The notes below the pieces were generated by a model. That model was not told the origin of the DNA and did not search any database. It saw nothing but the letters and a program-made list of their open reading frames with translations. Source: Eledone cirrhosa (lineage: Eukaryota). Taken from it: a stretch of 64,000 nucleotides of DNA. Of this stretch, positions 54,944-64,000 are shown one piece after another. The DNA lies in NCBI GenBank assembly GCA_964016885.1, contig OZ024757.1, positions 24,800,001-24,864,000 of the forward strand. Direction: 5' to 3'. Made by a program: the position numbers and the translations under genes. How positions within the stretch are numbered: position 1 is the stretch's first letter; the number at the start of each line of letters is the position of its first letter.

Positions 54944-55943
54944 TTTCTTCATTAAGATGATATTTGTAATATACCAACAAAAAGTTCTGATGTCAAATTA
55001 TGCTGGAAGATGTTCAATAGGAACTTGTTAATCCTTTTGTTACCAACCCAAACTGAACCTTACTGAGTGGGATGGAACACATCGAATCGGACCAAGGAGT
55101 CAATGTTTCCATAGATCTTCCACTGCTGATACTATCTACCTGTCACAACACCTGACAGAAAGAACAACATGAAATAAAGTGCCTTGCTCAAGGACATAAA
55201 ACATCACCTGGTCCGGGAATTGAACTTGCGACCTTCACATATAACAACATGAAATGAAGTCAATATTTAATTACCATGAAAATACAATAGTAAATATAGA
55301 ATAATGTAAAGGCTAAAGGGTTAAATGTCTTGAGAAGTCTTCCATGTAGGGTTTCACATCAGTGGGCTCCCTTAGTGAAGGTTTTGTAGCATGTTCGATG
55401 CCTCTCACGACATAACTTACAAGTTGAAGATGCCTGATAAGAATGTGCAGGAGGTTGCTAATTAGCAAGTATTGACAAATGCAGGGAAAACCAGATGTTA
55501 AATGAAGATGATGGTGGTGGTGATGGTGGTGGTGGTGATGGTGGTGGTGATGAAGATGGTGGTGGTGGTGATGATGGTGGTGGTGATGATGATGGTGGTG
55601 GTGATGATGGTGGTGGTGATGGTGGTGATGGTGGTGGTGGTGGTGGTGTTAGTGGTGGTGATGGTGGTGGTGGCGGTGATGGTGTTGGTGATGGTGTTGA
55701 TGGTGGTGGTGGTGGTGATGGTGGTGATGATGGTGGTGGTGATGGTGGTGATGATGGTGGTGGTGGTGGTGGTGGTGGTGATGATGGTGGTGGTGGTGAT
55801 GATGGTGGTGGTGATGATGGTGGTGGTGATGGTGGTGGTGATGGTGGTGGTGGTGGTGATGGTGGTGGTGATGGTGGTGGTGATGGTGATGATGGTGGTG
55901 GTGGTGGTGATGATGGTGGTGGTGGTGGTGATGATGATGGTGG

Positions 55944-55974
<31 letters not shown>

Positions 55975-56154
55975 GGTGATGATGATGACAACATCCAGCC
56001 TAGTAACTATTTTGTTTTCCCAAGTTTGCTATTTATTTTATTGATCTCTTTGTTTCATCGAACCACTAAGTTACAAAACATAAACAGACACACATCATCA
56101 TCATCTTATGTCCTCTTTCCATCCTGGCATAGGCTGGACGATACATATGTATGC

Positions 56155-56186
<32 letters not shown>

Positions 56187-56790
56187 TCAAATTTGAAAAA
56201 GTGTCCTGCATAGCCAAGATCATACATTGAATCAAAAACACTGGATGAAGACAATGGAAAATTGGACAAAACATAGCACAGTGCCTTCTCACCAGTCAAC
56301 CATTAGAGGTCTTGGTGGTTTCGGTGCATTATGGTCGATACCACTAGCTCCAGTGCATATGGGACAGTAACAAATGTACACAAGACAGGACGATTGGTTT
56401 TTCATCTATTACAAACAAATAAATAAATAAATAAATATATATATATATATATATATATAATAGAGAAGACCTGACTTCCCACGGGTACAAGCCGAAGCTG
56501 AAGCATATAGACAGTATGCCCCCACCCCCACCCAATATAAAGTGGTTGTGTAGGTGCCATGGTAAAAAAGCACTCAGTACTCACTCAATTCCTCAGTTGA
56601 TTGAATTAAAGCATCCAGGAATTGAACTAACAACCTCACAATTGCAAGTCCAATGCTCTAACCACTAAGCCATGCGCCTTCACACACCTTCACACATATG
56701 TATTTAAAAGGTAAACAGAAATAACAACACAATTGCTACAGTATATGGAAGAAATATATTAGGTTGACACTTGAAATAGCAGGAAGAGGC

Positions 56791-56826
56791 TCTTACCGTT
56801 TCGGACGCTAGTCCTTCATCAGAAGA
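56791..56826 (-). ncRNA. Minimal hammerhead ribozyme (family of 26170)
   Basis: TCTT-CTGATGA-aGGACtagcGTCC-GAAAC-g-GT-AAGA; about 110 bp of downstream sequence shared with 26085-26169. Confidence 0.72.
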
Positions 56827-56908
56827 AAGAATGAGAAATTAGAAAGATTGAAGGGACGGGTGGGGTGGAATTAGAAAAAATGTCTTTAGATAATATATAT
56901 ATATACAT

Positions 56909-57343
56909 TGGAGGCACATGGCTTAGTGGTTAGAGCATTGGGCTTGCAATTGAAAGGTTGTGAGTTCAATTCTCAGACCAGGTGATGTGTTGTTTCCTTG
57001 AGCAAGACACTTTATTTCACATTGCTCGTTTACTCAGCTGTAGAAATGAGATGATAGGACTGGGGTCCCTATCATTCCACTGTAAAGTGGTCGTGGAGGT
57101 GCCACGGCAAAAAAGCACCCAGCCCACTCTGTAAAGTAGACGTGTAGGTGCCACGGCAAAAAAGCACCCAGCCCACTCTGTAAAGTAGACGTGTAGGCGC
57201 CACGGAAAAAAAGCACCCAGCACTCACTGTAAATGAGGTTGGCGTTAGGAAGGGCATCCAGCTGTAGAAATCAAGCCAGAATCAGTTCCCGTCCCACCCT
57301 TGCAAGCAGGGAAAAGCGGACGTAAAATGATGATGATGATGAT
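56909..57343 (+). mobile_element. Full-length SINE family 1
   Basis: A box TGGCTTAGTGG, B box GAGTTCAATTC, CORE-like domain, 48-bp modules, RTE-A tail, (GAT)n. Confidence 0.85.
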
Positions 57344-57584
57344 TGGTATCCATCTGTTTATGGTAGGGCCTATAATGTTGACAGAACTGTGCAGTCTTGA
57401 AGACAGTGAAATGGATCTAGGATATTGAGACTAGTAATAGGTTGGTGGTATAACCACTCTCTATTAGTCAATATATCAATTTACAATGATCAATCAATGC
57501 TCTGAAATGATTGTAAAATAATGAACTAATTAAGAAACCTATCTTTGCCTTTTGTTTTATTTTCATTGTTAAAACACACACTCA

Positions 57585-58143
57585 TATATATATTTATATT
57601 GTTATACTTTGGTAGGGTCATGTTGCCAATAAAAACACATATATATATTTATGTATATTGTTATACTTTGGTAGGGTCATGTTGCCAATAAAAACACATA
57701 TATATATTTATGTATATTGTTATACTTTGGTAGGGTCATGTTGCCAATAAAAACACATATATATATTTATGTATATTGTTATACTTTGGTAGGGTCATGT
57801 TGCCAATAAAAACACATATATATATTTATGTATATTGTTATACTTTGGTAGGGTCATGTTGCCAATAAAAACACATATATATATTTATGTATATTGTTAT
57901 ACTTTGGTAGGGTCATGTTGCCAATAAAAACACATATATATATTTATGTATATTGTTATACTTTGGTAGGGTCATGTTGCCAATAAAAACACATATATAT
58001 ATTTATGTATATTGTTATACTTTGGTAGGGTCATGTTGCCAATAAAAACACATATATATATTTATGTATATTGTTATACTTTGGTAGGGTCATGTTGCCA
58101 ATAAAAACACATATATATATATTTATGTATATTGTTATACTTT
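57585..58143 (+). repeat. 59-bp tandem array, about 9.5 near-identical copies
   Basis: Unit tattgttatactttggtagggtcatgttgccaataaaaacacatatatatatttatgta. Confidence 0.95.
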
Positions 58144-58354
58144 GTGTCTCCTCTTTGCTCTGTTTTACATCATCTTGTCTTTGTGTATAACAATATTTGT
58201 TTCAACACATGTTTTTGTATAAAAAATTTTGCAGAACAAATACAAAAACAAAGTATATATGTAGACATTATGTAGATATGAAGGGCTTCCACACAGTTCC
58301 TGTTTATGAAACCTTCACTCTATCCAAAATTGCTAGCCCTGTACCTAAATTACT

Positions 58355-58930
58355 GGTGGATTGGCAGTATCGGTAGAGGGTCGGACGCCATGCTTTGCAG
58401 CATAGAGTTACAGCCCTTTATGATCTGAGTTCAAATCCCGCTGACGTTAACTTTGCCTTTCATCCTTACAGGGTCAATAAAATAAAGCACCAGTAATGCA
58501 CTGGGGTAATTGCTGGCCTTGTGCCCAAAGTAGAAACAATTATTAGAATATTATTATTATTATTGTTAGGGCAGTAGATTGGCAGTATATAATTACGACC
58601 CTTTATGTTCTGGGTTCAAATCCCTCCGATGTTAGCTTTGCCTTTTATCCTTACAGAGTCAATAAAATAAAGTACCAGTAATGCACTGGGGTTGATTTAA
58701 TTGACTTTCCCTGCTAAACCATTTGGATAGGGCAGTGAATTGGCAGTATTGGTAGAGGGTTGGATGCCATGCTTTCTAGTATAGTTACGTCCCTTTACGG
58801 TTTGAGTTCAAATCCCGTCGAGGTTAACTTTGCCTTTCATCCTTATGGGGTAGATAAAATAAAGTACCAGTAATACACTGGGTTATTGCTGGCCTTGTGC
58901 CAAAAGTAGAAACTATTATTATTATTATTG
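58355..58930 (+). mobile_element. Three head-to-tail SINE family 2 copies
   Basis: Repeated heads TTGGCAGTAT, cores and (ATT)n tails. Confidence 0.75.
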
Positions 58931-59024
58931 GGTAGAGAAATTGTGGAGTCGTCAGAGTAGCAGACAAATACCTCACAGCATCTCTTCCAGTGTTTTTTTT
59001 ACATTCTGAAATCAAATCCCGCCA

Positions 59025-60545
59025 AAGTCAATTTTGCCTTCCATCCTTCCAAAATCGATAAAATAGAGTACCAGTAACACATTGGTGTCAATATAATCGT
59101 CTTTGGTCAATTTTGCTTTTAATCTTTCTGGGATCTCTAAAATAAAGTACCAGTAATGCATTGGTGTCAATATAATCGTCTTTGGTCAATTTTGCCTTTA
59201 ATCTTTATGGGATCTCTAAAATAAAGTACCAGTAATGCATTGGGTCAATATAATCGTCTTTGGTCAAATTTGTCTTTCATCTTTATGGGATCTCTAAAAT
59301 GAAATACCAGTAATGCATTGGTGTCAATATAATCGTCTTTGGTCAATTTTGCCTTTCGTATTTCTGGGATCTCTAAAGTAAAATACCAGTAATGTATTGG
59401 TGTCAATATAATCGTCTTTGGTCAATTTTGCCTTTAATCTTTATGGGATCTCTAAAATAAAGTACCAGTAATGCATTGGGTCAATATAATCGTCTTTGGT
59501 CAAATTTGTCTTTCATCTTTATGGGATCTCTAAAATGAAATACCAGTAATGCATTGGTGTCAATATAATCGTCTTTGGTCAATTTTGCCTTTCGTATTTC
59601 TGGGATCTCTAAAGTAAAATACCAGTAATGTATTGGTGTCAATATAATCGTCTTTGGTCAATTTTGCCTTTAATCTTTATGGGATCTCTAAAATGAAATA
59701 CCAGTAATGCATTGGTGTCAATATAATCGTCTTTGGTCAATTTTGCCTTTCGTATTTCTGGGATCTCTAAAGTAAAATACCAGTAATGTATTGGTGTCAA
59801 TATAATCGTCTTTGGTCAATTTTGCCTTTAATCTTTATGGGATCTCTAAAATAAAGTACCAGTAATGCATTGGGTCAATATAATCGTCTTTGGTCAAATT
59901 TGTCTTTCATCTTTATGGGATCTCTAAAATGAAATACCAGTAATGCATTGGTGTCAATATAATCGTCTTTGGTCAATTTTGCCTTTCGTATTTCTGGGAT
60001 CTCTAAAGTAAAATACCAGTAATGTATTGGTGTCAATATAATCGTCTTTGGTCAATTTTGCCTTTAATCTTTATGGGATCTCTAAAATAAAGTACCAGTA
60101 ATGCATTGGGTCAATATAATCGTCTTTGGTCAAATTTGTCTTTCATCTTTATGGGATCTCTGAAATGAAATACCAGTAATGCATTGGTGTCAATATAATC
60201 GTCTTTGGTCAATTTTGCCTTTCGTATTTCTGGGATCTCTAAAGTAAAATACCAGTAATGTATTGGTGTCAATATAATTGTCTTTGGTCAATTTTGCCTT
60301 TAATCTTTATGGGATCTCTAAAATAAAGTACCAGTAATGCATTGGGTCAATATAATCGTCTTTGGTCAAATTTGTCTTTCATCTTTATGGGATCTCTAAA
60401 ATGAAATACCAGTAATGCATTGGTGTCAATATAATCGTCTTTGGTCAATTTTGCCTTTCATCTTTATGGGATCTCTAAAATAAAATACCAGTAACGTACG
60501 TACTGGAGTTGACATAATCGACTTTGCCTTTCATCTTTCTGAGAT
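59025..60545 (+). repeat. 78-79-bp satellite from the SINE family 2 core, with a 236-bp higher-order period
   Basis: About 19 units in three alternating variants. Confidence 0.9.
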
Positions 60546-61295
60546 CAATACCAATCAAGGACTGGGGTCAATATAATCGACTTCCTTCTCCCAACCAACC
60601 ACATTACTGGCCTTGTGCTCAAATTAGAAATCATTATTATTATTATTATTGCTTTATTGGCTTTCTCCTGCTTTGTTAAAGTACCTTCCTACACCCCTAC
60701 CTCTACAACACAGCTTGTTAATGGGGGGGGGGGGCAGTTGATAAGGTGCAACAGAGGATGGTGGGGGTAGAGAGGTGTAACGGAGGAGGGGGAGGAGGGA
60801 GATGGTGATGGGGATGAGAAGGATAAAAAGAGGTAGAGAAGGTGTAAAAGAGGTGATGATGATGGGGAGGAGGGAGATGAAAATGATGATGAGGGAGGGA
60901 AGATGAAGATGATGATGATGATGAGATGATGGGGGGGGGGCAGATGGGGATGAGAAGGAAGGTAAAAGGAAGAGGTAGAGGAGGTGCAAAAGAGAGGGAG
61001 GAGGAGGAGGAAGGAGAGAAATGATGAAGAGTGGTGATGATGAGGGAGATGATGACGGTGGGGAGGAGGGAGATGTAGGGGATGAGAAGAAGATGGAAGA
61101 GGTGTAAAAGAGGAGGAGGGGTAAGAAGGGAGTTCATGATGGGGGGGCGGGGGCGATGATGACGATGAGGAGGAGAATGCAAAGAAGGATAAAAGGAGGA
61201 AGTGTGAGGTAGGGAGGGAGAGAGGGAGATGATGATAAGGATGATGTGGATGAGGAGGAGGTAGAGGAGGTGTAACAGAGGAAGGGAGATGATGG

Positions 61296-61326
<31 letters not shown>

Positions 61327-61722
61327 GATGGTGGTGATGATGATGATGGTGATGGTGATGATGATGATGATGGTGGTGATGATGGTGATGAAGGTGATGA
61401 TGGTGATGAAGGTGATGATGGTGATGATGATGATGATGGTGATGGTGATGGTGATGATGATGATGACAGTAAAGAAAGAAGCTATGACAAACAAGATTCA
61501 TTTCAACAATAAGGTGTCTGGGTTTTAGTTGTCTTTATTGATCAGTGATATTGGAAGCTAAACACACGCACAAACACACATATGTGTGTGCATACACACA
61601 TATATGGATACAAGCACAAATACACATATATATAAGCACACACACACACACACACACATTGATTAGCAATGCATGGAACTACACACATATACAAATATAT
61701 ATATATGTAGGACCATATGCAT

Positions 61723-61792
<70 letters not shown>

Positions 61793-61849
61793 GAAAATAG
61801 AGAAATTAATGTAAGCAAAAAGCCGACAATAAGATATATAGGACTATTA

Positions 61850-61917
<68 letters not shown>

Positions 61918-62313
61918 GTGCACAGACATTCACATACATATATATATATATATATGCTCACACACACACACATATATATATGCACACACACACAACATAT
62001 ATATATGCACACACACACATATATATATATATATGCAGACACACACATAGACATATACACATGTATATATATATATATGCTCGCACACACACACACACAT
62101 ATATATATGCACACACACACACAAATATATATATGCACACACACACACACACATATATATATATGCAGACACACACAGACATATACACGTGTATATATAT
62201 GATCACACACACACACATATATATGTGTGTGTGTGTGCAAATATACATATAGTTATGTGTGTGTATGTGTGTACATATATATGTGTATATAAATATATAC
62301 ATATAGATGTGTG

Positions 62314-62345
<32 letters not shown>

Positions 62346-62710
62346 TCTATATTTTCATTTATATATATATAGACATGCACACTTTCATGTGTATGCACAG
62401 ACACAGTCACAAATAAATATATAGGCACACACACACACCCACCCACACAAATATATAGACACACACACACACACACACCCACACAAATATACACACACAC
62501 ACACCCACACACCCACACAAATATATAGACACACACACACACTGATCAGCAGTGTACAGAGCTACGCACACACACTATGAAATATCAGTTTGTAATAGTA
62601 TTTTAGTTAAGAAGACACCTATTATACTGGAAACAGCCTTGAGGACAGCTATTTTGGGTACAGCACTGCCACTAACTCACATTTCTCCATCATATATATC
62701 ATTCATTTCA

Positions 62711-63080
62711 TCATTTCATCATTTCATTTCATTTTACGTCCGCTTTTCCCTGCTTGCAAGGGTGGGACGGGAACTGATTCAGGCTTGATTTCTACAGCTG
62801 GATGCCCTTCCTAACACCAACTTCATTTACAGTGTGGGCTGGGTGCTTTTTTTCCATGGTGCCTACACGTCCACTTTGCAGTGGAATGATAGGGACTGGG
62901 GTCCCTATCATTCCACTGCAAAGTGGATGTGTAGGACTGGGGTCCCTATCATATCATTTCTACAGCTGAGTAAACTGGAGCAATGTGAAATAAAGTGTCT
63001 TGCTCAAGGAAACAACACATCACCCGGTCTGAGAAGTGAACTCACAACCTTCCGATTGCAAGCCCAATGCTCTAAACCAC
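62711..63080 (-). mobile_element. SINE family 1 with internal fold-back duplication
   Basis: Family motifs plus a palindrome at 62862-62935. Confidence 0.8.
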
Positions 63081-63383
63081 CAGTTGTGGTTTTAAGTTTT
63101 TAAGTTTTTACCGGTTGCGCATTTCTAAATGCTTTTCAAAAATAATTTTGAGATAGAGTGTCCGTGCTGTTTGCTCTATCTCAAAATTATTTTTGAAAAG
63201 CATTTAGAAATGCGCAACCGGTAAAAACTTAAAAACTTAAAACCACAACTGAATACTAACCCATACAATCACTAATACTCTTTTATTCCTAATTAAACCA
63301 TTTTTCAACTGTGAACAATTTGTCAGCATTTTCTATTCCGTTTACCAATATATAATAACTTGTGTGTTACACCTCTATTCTTT

Positions 63384-63389
<6 letters not shown>
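63081..63389 (+). mobile_element. PLE-type palindrome with TTGAAAA/GCAAC hammerhead variant
   Basis: About 80-bp arms spanning 63081-63251; 3' extension runs to a (TA)n tract. Confidence 0.7.
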
Positions 63390-63435
<46 letters not shown>

Positions 63436-63526
63436 AGGTGAGTTTTATTGTAGCACAATAAAGTAATGCAAATATCGGATAAGTAGCACTCAACAAGTGT
63501 TTTTTAAGCTTCATATCATGTCTCCC

Positions 63527-63597
63527 TATTTTATCTGATGAGAATGCAAATATCATCCCATGATGATATTTGTTTTTGAAATGCGCATAATAAAATA
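63527..63597 (+). ncRNA. Type I hammerhead ribozyme with long stem II
   Basis: TATTTTAT-CTGATGA-gaatGCAAATATCATCccatGATGATATTTGTtttt-GAA-ATGCGCAT-A-ATAAAATA; perfect 8-bp stem I. Confidence 0.85.
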
Positions 63598-63800
63598 CAT
63601 GGAACTCTTTTAACCATCTTTTGATTTTGTATTATATGTATATATATACATATATATACATATATATATACATCATCATCATCATTTTACGTCCACTTTT
63701 CCCTGCTTACAAGGGTGGGATAGGTCCTCTTCAGCACAGCATCTCTCCCAAGTCATCTCCTCTGTATATATGTGTGTGTGTGTGTGTATATATATGTATA

Positions 63801-63832
<32 letters not shown>

Positions 63833-63874
63833 AATATATATACACACACATATATATATATATAAGTGTGTGTA

Positions 63875-63922
<48 letters not shown>

Positions 63923-64000
63923 CATATATATACATATATATATACAACTGGGTAATTGCTGGCCTTGTGCCAAAAGTAGAAACAATATATATATATATAC

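Noticed and set aside
56909-56985. tRNA gene
   Set aside because: tRNA-derived SINE head continuing into core and LINE tail; multi-copy

Overview
Repeat-saturated eukaryotic DNA, probably from a coleoid cephalopod such as Octopus (inferred from the SINE/LINE repertoire and the (TA)n/(CA)n load). I found no supportable host gene, and nearly all ORFs in the track are microsatellite artefacts. Mobile elements present: a 5'-truncated RTE-clade LINE with an open APE-RT-PHD frame (16.6-19.7 kb) and many RTE fragments; a DD34D mariner with perfect 31-bp TIRs; a DD37D (maT-type) element; a Tc1/mariner MITE; a TTAA piggyBac-type insert; three non-autonomous Helitrons; CR1-type and Tx1-like LINE 3' ends; two tRNA-headed SINE families; and five minisatellites traceable to TE parts. 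The most interesting signal is more than 15 short islands within (TA)n tracts, from about 10 unrelated families. They carry type I hammerhead ribozyme (HHR) folds, often as long asymmetric palindromes, which fits Penelope-like element (PLE) pseudo-LTR remnants. They include non-canonical cores, long stem II variants, a 1-kb stack of five families and a tandem array of one family's 3' tail. All folds were read by eye and need Infernal and cleavage tests.
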